64,000 bases of DNA from Rozella allomycis CSF55. Lineage: Eukaryota. The stretch's first letter is position 1. Each line of letters opens with the position of its first letter. The position numbers were made by a program, and so were the translations under genes. Positions 49,901 through 63,133 of this stretch are shown piece by piece. Below the pieces are notes generated by a model that saw nothing but the letters and a program-made list of their open reading frames with translations, was not told the DNA's origin and did no database searches. The DNA lies in contig KE561265.1 in the NCBI GenBank assembly GCA_000442015.1, positions 1 through 64,000 on the forward strand, read 5' to 3'.

Positions 49901-51194
49901 GACTTTGGAAATGACAATCAAATCTTTAAAAGAAGCCATCAAAGGTAGTGAAGTAGGAATTAGTGGGGAGGGTGAAGGTGAACTAGGTGAGGGAAGAGAA
50001 GGGGTAAGTGAGGGAAGAGAAGGGATAGAAGTGGATGCAACGGTAAGTGGAAGGTTATCAAGTGAAGGAGTAAGTGGAAGTGTAAGTCAAGAAGTGACGC
50101 GTGAACCTCTTCTTCATGATTATTCTACAACTGTAGAATCTTTGAATAAAAAAGTTAAAAAACCTTCTATTAAAACTTCTTCTATTGATCCTTCTAAATG
50201 GGATTGTAAATCTATTCTAAAAGGTCACATTGGTCAGGTTTATTCTCTATTCTATAACAATGATAATAAATTATATTCAACTTCTCAAGATTCTTCTCTA
50301 AACATCTGGGATTTGGATTCTGGAAATTTACTAAATTCTATTTCATTCAAAGAAGGGCCAATTAAATGTCTCAAAATAATAAACAATCTCCTAATCATCG
50401 GTCATCAATCTTTCATCAAATTATTTGATCTATCCTCTCTAAAATTAATAAAACAATTATCTCTCCACTCAAATGACATTGAATGCTTCTCTCTAAACAA
50501 CAACAATTCCATTCTATTCTCTGGCTCTTCTGATTCTACAATCTCTATTCTAGATCTCAATTCTTTCAATTGTCTAAACACTCTCTCAAATCACAAAAGT
50601 TCAGTCTTTTCTCTTCAATCTCACAACTCTTATTTATTCTCTGCGTCTAGAGACCATTCTGTTAAACTCTACAATTTAAATTCTTTCGAGTACATTTCCA
50701 CTCTCTATCCTCCTCACTACGATGCTGTCCAATCTTTATGCATCTCTCAAAATTATCTCTACAGTGGATCGCGTGACTATTCTCTCAAAGTTTGGGATTT
50801 AAATCACATAAACAATGCTATTGATAATAATTCAGTTGCTGTTAATTCACCCATTAAAGATTCAAAGTCTTTTACTTTTGATGACGCTATTCCCAAAAGC
50901 ACATCTAATCAAATTACATCTAATCCTCTTTTAATTCCCATCAAACAAACAATATATTCAGCTCACAAAGATTGGATCAAAACTATCATTCCTTTTCACA
51001 AACAGAATCACATTGTTTCAGCATCTAGAGATGGTATTATAAAACTATGGGATACTACAAATCAATCAACTCTGGTTCATGAACAGCCCCTTCACTCTGC
51101 TTCTATAAATGATCTTTGTTTGTTAAATTCAACCCTGGTAGCTTCATGCTCTTCTGACAGAACTATAAAGATTTGGAAACCCAATCAATTGTGA
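46935..51194 (+). CDS. Kinesin-4 family KIF21-like motor (motor + coiled coil + WD40)
   Basis: [31 protein letters not shown] and [19 protein letters not shown] motor motifs; C-terminal WD40 repeats including PPHYDAV and AHKDWI. Confidence 0.9.
47266..47348 (+). other. Compound 83-nt intron made of three abutting GT-AG units (28+28+27 nt)
   Basis: ag|gtatggagttgcgtttgtggagagatag|gtaagatgatgggaggggaattgtgtag|gtaatttggaggtgggtggtagagtag|gt. Removal gives SQGVISRAI, the kinesin GIIPRA motif. Confidence 0.78.
47912..47965 (+). other. Compound 54-nt intron made of two abutting GT-AG units (26+28 nt)
   Basis: ag|gtaacaatgatgaagtttgatgaaag|gtaaaagaagagagggtgttaatgaaag|ga. Removal restores RLLQDSLGGNS. 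Confidence 0.82.
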
Positions 51195-51654
51195 ATGCTA
51201 ATCAATTTTAAGTTTGTAAATAAACATTTTTCATCATTTCTTTATTGTAGTCAAAGTTTATTTATAGTCGTTTTCCTTTCATTTTTTGTTGTCAAGGAAT
51301 TATTTACTGAAGAAATGGAAACTCGCTCTTTACAAAGGGCACTCGAAAAATCTTCTTTACAATCTATTTCTACTCTACATGACTGTTGCAACAAGTTACA
51401 GCAATTGGGATTAACAGACAGTCAAGATGAGAGAATTGATAAACCTGAATTTGTTTCACGATACAATGATCATGCTAGAATTTTAATTAATCCTAATGAC
51501 AATCTTGCTAAAATTATTGTTTTCATCAACGAACACTGTCAATAAATAGAAATTATTACAAGCAGAATATCTAAAAGAAGAATATCAAATCGTAAAAGTG
51601 TTTAAATAATCAACACAAATGGTACAAATGGAAATTGAGATTTATTTCATCGTC

Positions 51655-54600
51655 TTATTTCAGAGCTGCCTTTTCACTAGCCAACGCCAATCTATCCTTG
51701 AATCAACTAAAAACATTTACCTTCTTATATTCTCAATACATCCAGCAGCAGCCTCCTGCAACTCCTCATCTCTAGATCCAACCATTCCAAGCAGCAACTG
51801 CACTACCCCATTCTCATGCATCGACACACAATTATCAGCATCCTTTGACAACTGATGCAACGCCTGCGCAGTCGATCTATGCACCTTCTCATCAGGCGAC
51901 TTCAAATACTTCACCAACGGCGCTACAGCCCCCGCACTGCCAAACGCTACCCTATTATTCCCCCATCGGCAGCATCTAGCAATCGCTTCAGCTAAATGTT
52001 TGCGCAACTTGTCGTGCTTGGTTGTTGTCAGTTTCGCTAACAGTGGCACTACGCCATGGTCAGTTATCACCGCCAAGTTTTCCTCTACAGTCATGTGATA
52101 TAATTAATTATACCGTCTTTGGCTATATTCGCTATAGCAGCACACACTGATGCTAGAACCTCGGTGTTTTCGGATTTCAACAAACTCACAATCAATTCCA
52201 GTCCTCCGACAAATGATCTGACCATTTCTCCAGCATCTTTCGCATTCTCTATACACGGAGAAATGGCCCAGGCAGCACTCGCTTGGACATTTGGATTTGG
52301 GGATTTCAATAGGGACCAGAGCAATCGGACACCGTCTAAACGGTCTATTATTGCCATAGAGTCGGCTATATAATACTTTAAATCACTATTTACCGTCACA
52401 TGCACATACACCAACGGCAGCTGTTACATTTACAAGGAGCGCTTGGTTGGTTCCAGTCAACAATCCAACCAATGGTGTGATCCCGTTACTCTCTCTGATT
52501 GCAGCCCTTCCTTCCGCTTTATAAATGAAAACTTTGTATTTTACGAGATTTAGCACACGCACCAATTGCACCCACGATATTGACGAGAACATCTTCCGGT
52601 TGGTCTGCTATCAACCCAACTAGCTTCTTCACTGTCTTTAAACTATTAAATTTATCCACATTTTGTGCTATTTTAGAAGCTTTAAAATATTACGTGAATG
52701 AGCACATTTCCAAATTGCTCCCGTTGATGCAATCAAAAGTTCTCGATTGCTCTTGTGGTCTAATAGCTGTACCAGTGGAGCGAGGCCACCGTGTTCATTC
52801 ACAAGTACTCTGGTCTCCTCTAAAGTAAATCGCACTATTTTCAATTACCGTCTTCAGCACATTTAAATATTGCGCTCGCGCAATACGCTTGGAGTTCGTG
52901 ATTTTGACTCGATAAATTTTCTACAAGGAAGCGAATTATCCCTGAAGATCTAATTGAAACTCGATATTGCGCTAAAATTGGTATTGGACGTATTATTTAC
53001 GGTCTGATGCACATTCTTGTAAAATTCCTACAACAGGTATCAGAAGATCAACATTTTTAGATTTTAATAGTTCGGCCAAAAGTGGTATAGATCCAGACGC
53101 GCGAATGGCATCCTTGTTCTTGTCACTTTTACTGCAGCTGCAAAGTGCAAGCGCTCCACATCGAGCGACGTTTTCATTTTTAGATTTCAATAATCTTATC
53201 AGTCTTCTTATACCGCCTTCCTTTCTCACCATTCTTCTATTTGTCGCTTTTAAAATAACCAACAATAGTTACCATTCTTTGCGCAATGTGATATTGTTTC
53301 AGCTGCTAGACATCTTAAAATTTCTTCGTTTGACTCACGCAGGAGTTCTACAAGTGGATGAATACCATTCATTTCCGCGACTGAGCGTCGAATATGGACT
53401 ATCTTTATTTCAATGTTGTTGGTACCATTTTTTGTAACTTCTTTTAATATTTGAAGCGCCCCCACTTTACATTTCGGATCATCAGTTCCTAGAAGGTTTA
53501 TTAAGACTTCTAAACCACCCATATCTCTAATGGCGATTTGGTTATGATCAAAAACAGATTATATAATTGCTTACCATTTGTTAAATCAAGATCTTTTATG
53601 GCGCACAAAGTTATAACCGTGGCTGTTTGGTTTCCAATTTTTAGGTACTTAATTAACTTTTGGATCTGCCAGTATTCAGGTGGCGCTTCAGCTACAATCA
53701 AATTTTGAATAACGCTTTACTGCCTTCTTGTCTTTTTTCAGATACTTCATCATCTGTTGAGACTTGTTCTGGATCTGAATCTTCATCCTGGTGGGCATTA
53801 TGATGTCGATTCTTCAATTGGGTCTTTTTTCCACTTTCAGGCTTCAGAGGAATTTTATATGTTTGCTTTTTCATACATAAAGTATCTTTACTCTTTCCTC
53901 CTCAGGAGCATCAATAGGTTGTGTCAAGCTCACGTCTTTCCATCTTAGTGAAGGTTGTTCTTGCGTATTTGAGACCCTTGGGACATTATTATTTCTGAAA
54001 ACAAGACAGGTAATTAGTTACTTTTTTCTTTGCGCTGCGTTGGGTTGTAGTTTTGGTTTAAGTAAATCTCGAGATCCTAGAACCTCTTTTTCGTTCCTTT
54101 TATCGTTATTATTAAGCTTTTTCGTTTCATTCAAGTTATTTCTTTTTTCATTTTCTTTACAATATCATAAATCTTAATACCATTTGATTTGACAGTAGCA
54201 TCTTGGTTGTCAATGTTCTTCGCAAAATGTTGACTTTTGGCTCGCAACAAATTGATCAAAGAATTATATATCTCGCTATCTTTTTCGTAGTTTAAATTTG
54301 TTTCTCCATTTTCATCCTTAACGTAACCTTTGTTAATAAAGTAGCCAGATTGAGATGCTGTAATAACAATCCGTTCTTGGTCAACTGGACTTACAATTAT
54401 GTACGCCAACTCTCCGTGTATTTGGCGCCAAGGTGGAACTCGATAGCCATTTGCAAACACAAGAGCTATAAAAAGAATACTACTTCCTTACGGTTTTCCC
54501 AATCAATGGATTTCAATGAGCAAGTAGGAGAATTGCCGCAAAATGTTTTTAGCAATTTCACTTCATCGTTAACCTTATTCATGTTTAGAAAGACATTGCT

Positions 54601-55284
54601 TTTTTGATAAAAGCGAAGAATTACTTTGATAAATTTTTGACAGATTGCATTAATATTTCCAAGTCAAAATTATTGAGTAACATCAAAAGATGCATTAAAC
54701 GTTTTTTTGAGCATTTCTTTTCAACCTTTTCTTCCTGTGATGTTGACAATGCTTCAAACGCTTCCAAATACGTTGCATTAAGATCATCCAAGCCAGTTAT
54801 ATGAGCTAGAAAGTCTTTATTTCCTGTTAATGTAAATATAATAGCATACCTTGTACAGCACTTTGTAGGTCAATCAATTTGTTAGATCCAGCCAAATGCA
54901 ACGCAATCTTAAGCATAGCGAAATTGTAAACTTTCAATACATATTTTTCTTTTTCCACTTGATTTAATTCTAATAAAGGATATCCTGAATCTGATTGTGC
55001 AGTAGAAACAACGGAAAATCTATTCTGCCAATTTGGCGATATGTTTACTTTCCACCAGTCGAATGAATAGAAAAGTCACTTGAACCATCAAAATGTGATG
55101 ATCTTAAGGATGTTACATATTGTAATGGTTTTTTGAACTCAGTCTCTGCATCAGTGGGATACTTATCGTACAAAACCTGGACGTAGTTGGCTAAATCATT
55201 TAAAACAGCCTCATTCTGTATTCCTGTAACCAAATTAGATCCTGAATTTGTCCATTCAAGCCGCGAGGAAATTGTTTGCCCCAT
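51655..55284 (-). CDS. ARMC4: Armadillo-repeat outer dynein arm docking protein ARMC4/ODAD2
   Basis: [48 protein letters not shown] and [18 protein letters not shown] motifs. About 17 introns. Confidence 0.93.
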
Positions 55285-55318
55285 TGGTCTTCGATACCCA
55301 AATACAAAACAAACAAAC

Positions 55319-56805
55319 TTAAATGGTTTTATTATCGTTATCGGAATCAATATTTCTTAAACAGAGATTATTATTATCGTTATTAAAGCTTTGAAGGGCG
55401 AACACCCCATTCAAATTTATGTGGTCCACAGCGACATGGGAAATGACGGGTCGCCTTGTTAATTGAGGTCTTAGGAATACTTCCACGGCGATATCAATAA
55501 GGACTAAATTAGATTAAATTATTGAAATACCTTGAATCAAGCTGAATCCTGTGGTGATTCCCAATAAACCATAGGTGTCATTCTCTACCCATATCATCGA
55601 TAGCAGTATTATAGAAGTTATAAATCTCGACACATAAACGATTATAGATCTCTTCTCTATCATGAATTTAATCAGCAAATTACGCGTTAATTGTTTCGAA
55701 GCGAATCCGGCAATTATTTTGACGCATGCGTTTACAAAGAATAACAACGATCCTACAACGCAAAAATGAATAACTGTGGAGATACTCGGTTCCAGCGGAT
55801 AATATCTATAAACATCAACAATAACAACGCTAAACATTAGATGAAACAGGTGCAAAGGTAAATGCACAAAAATCCAGGCACTTGTTGCCATTTTACCTTC
55901 ATGAATAAAGTCTTCACGCATATCATTAAAGTATATCCACCATAAGGCGAATGTTATTACTGTTCCTAATGCAACTAAACCCCTTAAGACTACTAAGTTA
56001 GTCTTTTTACCACTTTGCGAGAGATAATGATTCCTCTTTCGAGTAAGCCCAAAGTAGATTCATTACATTTTCACCGAGAAAAATAATTGTCATTAAGCCA
56101 AATCTTTCAGGCAAATGGCTTTTTGCGAAGGTCAACTGGCCTAACCATAACGTAAGGAATTACTTTTCTTGTTTTTTCTCCCTCTAGTATTTGGATGATA
56201 GCTTGTATCCCTATGGATATAAACCAAACTATTATGTTGTATGGCATTGGAATGAAAATAGAAGTAGTCCAAAATGCTATAGAAAAGAAATGATTTAAAC
56301 ATTGTTTTAATGCAAATAATTTTGCATTTTTTACATATATACCAACCAATCCATAATTTACGAACAATGTAAACTGTATCGTTATGAACGAGATAGAATA
56401 AAATATTCTCATTGAATCGTTTTCGGTGGCATATTTTATAGAACCTGCAAATGCTGTGACAGCCAGCATTTGAATAAGCAAAATAAATCGATGGTAAAGA
56501 TCATCAATATCAAAGCGGCAAGAAAAGATGGTAACCTGGAACCAGGACCACCAAACAGGCACAAAGACAAATGTAAAGTCAATTAACCCTTCATTGGTTA
56601 TTATCGAGTCTCTTTTTGACAATTTACTGAAAACAGCTACGAAGAATATGTCATAGAATAGCTCCATCCATGTGGCGCGTCGATCTTCGTCAACTTCTGT
56701 TTCTTGACATTCCTCATTTAAATCGTACGAGGGTAAGCTAATAAGTAATATTTTTTTAGTTTTCTATTACCCGAAAAGTTTTTGCAAATTGGTTTGGAAA
56801 GACAT
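55319..56805 (-). CDS. Low temperature requirement A (LtrA)-family membrane protein
   Basis: RATWMELFYDIFFVA, WWSW...FSCRFD and HLPERFGLMTIIFLGE motifs; multiple TM segments; 4 introns. Confidence 0.85.
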
Positions 56806-56876
56806 ATATGTATATCGTTCACGCAAACAAAATTCAGCAACAAAATAATCAATTTTCAAAATACACTTTTATTATT

Positions 56877-59148
56877 TTAAATTTCCATTCTTTGAATGTT
56901 TTGTGCTTTATTAACTGAAGTGAGTGGCCTACAAGCCTCGTTTGATTTATTAATACATTTTGACTTGACTTCCATTAAACCAATCAAATTTCGCAAAACG
57001 GATTTTTCTGCAATTTTAGAGTCATACATTTCCTAAATTATTGTTTGGTGATTTATTACCCTAATCTGTTGATATTTATCCTTTTTAGTCTCAATTTCCA
57101 TTTCCAACTCATGTATAGTCTTTTGATATAATTCTCGGTAGGTTTTGCAATTATTCTTGTTCAAAATAGAATCCACCGAAGGAAAGCTTGCACCTACATA
57201 TGCTTTCATTTCGTATTGAACTTTAATAACTTGCATTGATTATACCCACCTTGATCACTTAAAATTTCTAAATGATTAAGTTTTAAATTTGTTTCAAAAA
57301 TCTGTGATTCAAAATCGTTAATATCTTTCCTTTGAGACTTTAATTCTTGTTCAATTGGCGATGCTTCACTACATTTGTCTATAAAAGTTTTGAAACCTTT
57401 CTAAATGTGCCATGGCCAGATCAAATGCTTTCTTTTTAGCTTTATAATTTGAGGATAGCTGTGAAAAGTTATTTTTAATACTCCCCAAGTCAGATTTCTT
57501 TGTCAATAAATGATTCGTTTCATTTTGAATTTCATCCAGAACTTTTGATAACTCACCCAAGAGTGCTTTGTCGTCTATTTTTATATTCAGCTTAATTGAA
57601 AGCTATGTAATTACCTCACGGCTTGTTCTTGTCAAGTTTAATGACTGATACTGCTGATCTAAAACCGATTTTTCGTTTTGAAGGACTTGTTCCGTTCTTT
57701 CTAAAATAGATACTTCACTGGCCATCGCTGCTAGTAATGTTTTCTTTGATTTGTAATCATTTGACTTAACTCTTAGTTCGGCTACAAAATCTTTTAGACC
57801 CTCAGGAGTGAGCAACTTGTTAGATCACGTTGACAAACATTACTTTGGGAAGAAGGTCGGATTTAGTTTGTGCCGCTTTTGATAACTGTTCTTCATCTTT
57901 TGATAATTGAATTAATTCATCTGCTCTTGCAGCCTTTTTAGCAGCTGCCATACTTGCTTGTTGTCTATACATTCCTATTTTATTTTCAAGCGGGCTGTTT
58001 TATCCAAATATATATTTTTACTCATTTTCAAATGCTTTTGCTTGGTTTATTTGATTAAGCTTTTGCTGCAAGGTTTCTAATTCTTTTTGAAGTGGGAGTA
58101 GGTCCCACTCAGACTCAAAATTCAATGGATTATCAATGACTTGCTGCGAAGCTTTTATTTTGATCTTTAGAGTTTGAAGTTCTTTCGGATAAGTATCTTC
58201 GATTAGATATGTCGACATTTTGACTTCGCGCCTCAAGTCTTCTAAGATAGCCTCACTACTTCCTGAATTAATCTTTTTAAGAGTTTCCAATTTTATTTTG
58301 GACGACTCAATTTCATTCTTTATATTTTTGGTTTTGTTTTTAAGATCTTCTATTTTACGTTCATTAGACGTCAAAGAATGTTTAGCAATGCGAAAATTTC
58401 TCGCTGCTTCTAACCAAACATCTTTGTTAGTCTGTAATGCATACCGTAATTAATTACTAATTCGCTTGATTTTCTTTTAAGGTTATTAATTTTGAACATT
58501 AGCTGCCTTTGAGAATCTTCCATGTCTTGTATGTCTTTTTTAACCGTTAATATAGGTGTATCTATGAATTAATGAATGGTTTGTAAGTTACATGACTCTT
58601 TATGCTGTGCATAGCTTGAATATAGTTGCTTAAACTCTTCTTTGAGTTCATCCAGTTTTTGATTCATGGATACCATTTCTTTTTACACTAAATACTTAGA
58701 TATTACCGCCATCTTGTTGTAATTCTTGGGGAAGAAACAATGGCGTTAAAAATTGAGCTAAATAACATCTAGTTTTCAAGTTTTCGGTATTGGACAAAAT
58801 AAACTTTAGTATCTTGAAAACGCAATCTCTGTTCGCTGCCAAAAGCTCATCCCGTAGGTACAATCTATTTGCGGCGAGAGATTGATCAACTTACGGATCT
58901 TCTGGATATCGACCAATTTGCAAAAAATCTAACAACTTGGTTACAATTTCATCTTCTCCTTGAGATTTAGAGTTTAGATTGAAACGTTGAGTACTATCGA
59001 TAGTGGCGATGACATCTCCCACCAAGTTAATCAATTCGTAAAATGGAAGATCCTGTTGAAGTTGGATGAATGATAATGATTTTGAGTATGGGGGTTGAGA
59101 TAAAAGGTCTTGTATTTCGTAAACGATATTGTCAGCTTCTTTTACCAT
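56877..59148 (-). CDS. IFT81: Intraflagellar transport protein IFT81
   Basis: N-terminal PPYSKSLSF; YLAQFL; KIGMYRQQASMAAAKK; FVAELRVKSNDYKSKK...EVSILERTEQVL; long coiled coils. About 9 introns. Confidence 0.88.
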
Positions 59149-59298
59149 TGAGAAAAAAGTAAACAAAAAACATGAATTTATAATTTGCTAAAAGTCTATT
59201 AAAATGCTGTTACAGTTTATTGTAGCATTTTAATTCTAATCCATGATTGCTTTTTAAAGACAAAATCTATAATCATTTCAACTGCGCCACCCAAGCCA

Positions 59299-62200
59299 AT
59301 GACAAATTTATTTCAAAGCTTTAAAGAATCTTTACCGAAAACAAGAAAATATCAGACTATACTTTTATTTGTTTCTATTTTAATTTCGTCCTTTATTGCT
59401 TTTGGTGTGAACGCGTTGATTGTTACTTACGACTTGAAGAAGTTTTCCTCGCTGGGGATAAACGACTTGACGATAAATTTTGTTGATATAAAAGAAATTT
59501 GCGATTTGAGAAGTTTTAAAGGTAATGTAGAGTTTGTAGTGAAAAATCCGTCATCTTACCCAGTGACAGTGCAAGGAACTACAATAGATCTTTTAGATCC
59601 AAATTCCAAAGAAATCATAATGACTTTTAATTATTCTGGACATTTCACCCTTGAGCCTAAAAAAGAATCTACTGTACTTGCGCAAGACTTTATAGTTAAC
59701 ATGAAAGAACTGTCAGGACTTTTTAATGGGAGAAGATTCAACGTTGATTTTAAATTCAATATAATTACAGGGGCATATTGGATTCCGATATCTTCAAACA
59801 AGAACATGAAACCAACTTTGGATCTAGGCGAATTGAAATCCAATTTTTTTAAGTTTCAAGTTAACAAAGTAGGATTTGATGGAGATGAAAACGGCGCAAA
59901 TGTNAAAACGGGGCAAATGTTTTGATGAGTTTGGGCATCTTTGGATTTAAATCTGGTCCCAAGATTTCATGGAAAATGTGTGAAACGAAAATTGGTGTGT
60001 CTGGAAAAGACGGCAATGTTTTTGGATCGATTATTATTCCACGTCATAAAGTTTCAAATTTAGAGAATGAGAATTTAGATATTTCAATTTCTCTGATTGC
60101 TGGTCAAGAACATCGACTATCAAACATCATAAAAGATTCAAAGGATACAAAAGAAATGAATCTCTTCTTGCATTCTACTGCAAAAAATATTTCTTCAAAT
60201 TCTTTAGAAAATTATCAAATCCCGCTGTCTATTAGAAATCCAGAATATTTATTTGATACTTCCAGATTGTCACGCAACAAGGATAATTTGATTGACAAAG
60301 CTTCTGTTAAAGAACTTCATTTTTACAACGATGGTGATATATTTAATATAGACATTGGTTTAACATTAAAGAAGAATGTTTTTGGAAAGAATTTCAATGT
60401 TTACGGAAGATTACCTCCCTTATCTTTGAATGGAATGTTGGTCGACACAGAAATTGTTTCTATTGATGTTGTTAGTCCTTCTATTGAAAAAGAAACATTA
60501 AAATTAGATTGTAAAATACAAATTAGAACTGAAAACTTTTTTTCTGTTATCAATTCACTTGTCAGAGACGATTCAAATTGGGAGAAAATAAAAACAATCA
60601 ATTTTTACGGAAAGAAAGGCGAAAGTTTCTTATCAACAGTCTTCTCATCCGTCCCTTTCTCATTCTCTTTGTACGCGCCACTTAAAGACACTGAAGAATC
60701 TGTATTCCAGTTCATGTATCAGCGATTAAAGTATAATTTTGTATCTACAGAAAATACACTTGAAGTTCATGTAAATGGCAATTGGAATGAAAACTCTGTT
60801 GGTTTGTTTGAACCCGATGGAAAAATTTCTTGGAATGCCTTGAATGCTTCTGTTGGTTTATTGGATGCTTCAATACCAATGTCATTTTTTGTAAATTTTA
60901 GTAAAGGGAGTTTGGTAATGGATAAAAAGACTTGGAAATTTCCTGAAGCTAATATTCATAGCGTCATGGGAATAAAAATTGGAGATTCCGTTAATGATAT
61001 TACGATTACAAAACTTTTAAGAATGTTTAGTTTCCGTGATTTACCAGAAGAAAATATGGCAAAATCTGATAAATTTATTCGATCTCTATTTACTTTTGCA
61101 TTTGTATTTCTAGGACCAGGATCTGAACGTCTAGTTCATTTTACACCGGTTCAACCTAATCCAACAAAAGATCAAGTTTGGATTCGAGAGTTTATAAGGA
61201 AATTTATTCGTCTTATTCCTTTGGAGAATGCAGTTGAAAGAATCAGTACGTTGTTTCTAAAAGAGAAAGACATGATTTTGAGCATCTTATCTAATCCAGA
61301 ATATTGTGCTGAATTATTTAAATTGGTAGAATTGAATCAAGAAATTAAAGAAAAATATGAAAATGTTATAACAAGATTGGTGATCAAGTATTCCAGACAA
61401 GTCTTTAGTCTATTTTCATTCTTTTTAGATAAATATAAAGAGAATCATTTGCAACAAAAAATATTTATGAAGATTTTAGAAGATGTTGTTGAGAGAGCAA
61501 TTTCATATGTTAGCGAAATAAATTTGTTGAAATATTTTGATGAGAAAATCAACAAGCTGGTAGGAGAGGATATTGACATGAAAGAATTACCTCAAGGTCT
61601 AGTTCCCGTTCTTAAAGAATTTATTAAAAGATATATTCAAGATGTTCACTATTCAGTAAAATTTGATATTCTAGCCGCTTATTTAATGACTTCAAGTTCA
61701 GCTACAGATGCCGAAAAGATTAACAATGTTTTACGTCATTCTGGGCCCTTTATTCAAAAACTATTTCAACTTTTAGGCGATTCTGTAAAGCACGAAGAAA
61801 TAAAGAATTTACTTTCTGGGTTAAAGACAAGCATCCCTCCAATGGATAATGATGATTTTAGCATTCAAATCCTTGATACATTTCAAACGTTTAATGAATT
61901 TGATGAGAGATTCCCTACTTTCAATAATGATTCTATCAAGGCCGCTAGTGTTAGTCAAGTACATTTAGCACAATATAGAAGCCCTGATGGACAAATGCAT
62001 GACGTTGTAGTTAAAGTTTTGAGACCATATTTAACACGAAAGATGCATTGGGAATTTAGTCTTCTTAGAAATATAGCAAAGAAGCATGGTATGATAAATA
62101 TTGTAAATGAAATGATTCCATCGTTTGAGAAAGAATTAAGCTTTCTTCAAGAATACAAAAATGGAGTTGAAGGATTCAAATTATACAATGAAAGCAAGGG

Positions 62201-63095
62201 GTCTTTAAAGAGTGTAAAATATTTTGATCCCAATGAAGTTATTGGGAGAGAGTTATCAGAAGAAGATATTCTCAACGTTTTAGTTTTGGAAAAAGCCCCT
62301 GGGCATCCGTTATCAGAAATTTTGGAACATGATTTACCAATTGAAAAAGCTTGTTTTGTTATTAATTCCATTGCCAAATTCTTATCCAGGTGGTTTAGTG
62401 TAGCGTTATTTGGGACTGGTTTCTTCCATGGTGATCCTCATGCTGGAAATGTTTTAATATCGTTTGATGGTGAATCTGAGCCGTTGTATACAGTTATTGA
62501 TTTTGGAAATGCACAGAGAGTTGATAATGAAATATTCAAACCTACTTATATGAAGTTTGGATTGGCTGTTTTGGGTTCAAACACTAGAGATATCTTGAAT
62601 GCGTTCAATTTTGAATCAATTCCAAAAGAAAGTGCAGAATACCCTGAATGGTTAAAATTGGAGTCGGAATTGAAAGAGAGATTTAATTCTGAAGAATACA
62701 AAGAGATTGATGACGTTGAAGAAAAGTTTGATAAAATTGTTGAAATTATTGGGAAATACACCCATCTATCGTTTCCAAAGAAATCAATCGACTTTTTTAA
62801 ATCTAAAATTTTGATTGAAAAACAATTTAAAATAGTTGCAGATGCAGTCGCCAAAAAGTCTGGATTTAAACCTCCAAACAAATTAACAGATGAACAGAAA
62901 CAACGAATGTATCTCAACGAAGGAAAAAGAATATTGAAAGAAGCTAAATGTCCAATTCCCAGACTAATCGATATATTCAGAAGACCTGTAGTTACAGACG
63001 CGTTAAAGACAGCCGCAAAGTTACACCTTCCGAGTTTCTTTCAAGTTTACATTTGGCCAACTATAAAAAATGGAATCAATTATGCTCTTTCTTAA
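59299..63095 (+). CDS. Membrane-anchored ABC1/UbiB/AarF atypical kinase with a long N-terminal extension
   Basis: The two ORFs join once the duplicated aaaacgg(c/g)gcaaatgt around the N at 59904 is collapsed. N-terminal TM helix; GPFIQKLFQ, AASVSQVH, VVVKVLRP, FFHGDPHAGN and IDFG motifs. Confidence 0.82.
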
Positions 63096-63133
63096 ATTAA
63101 ATAGTAAAAATAAATCATTAAATAAATTTCTTT

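Noticed and set aside
51195-51545. 116-aa ORF (76 aa from the internal ATG) after the kinesin
   Set aside because: No recognisable domain. It may be a real small gene but cannot be supported from sequence alone.
59885-59925. Apparent frameshift or two-gene split in the ABC1 kinase gene
   Set aside because: A 16-nt duplicate lies around the N at 59904; collapsing it gives one ORF.
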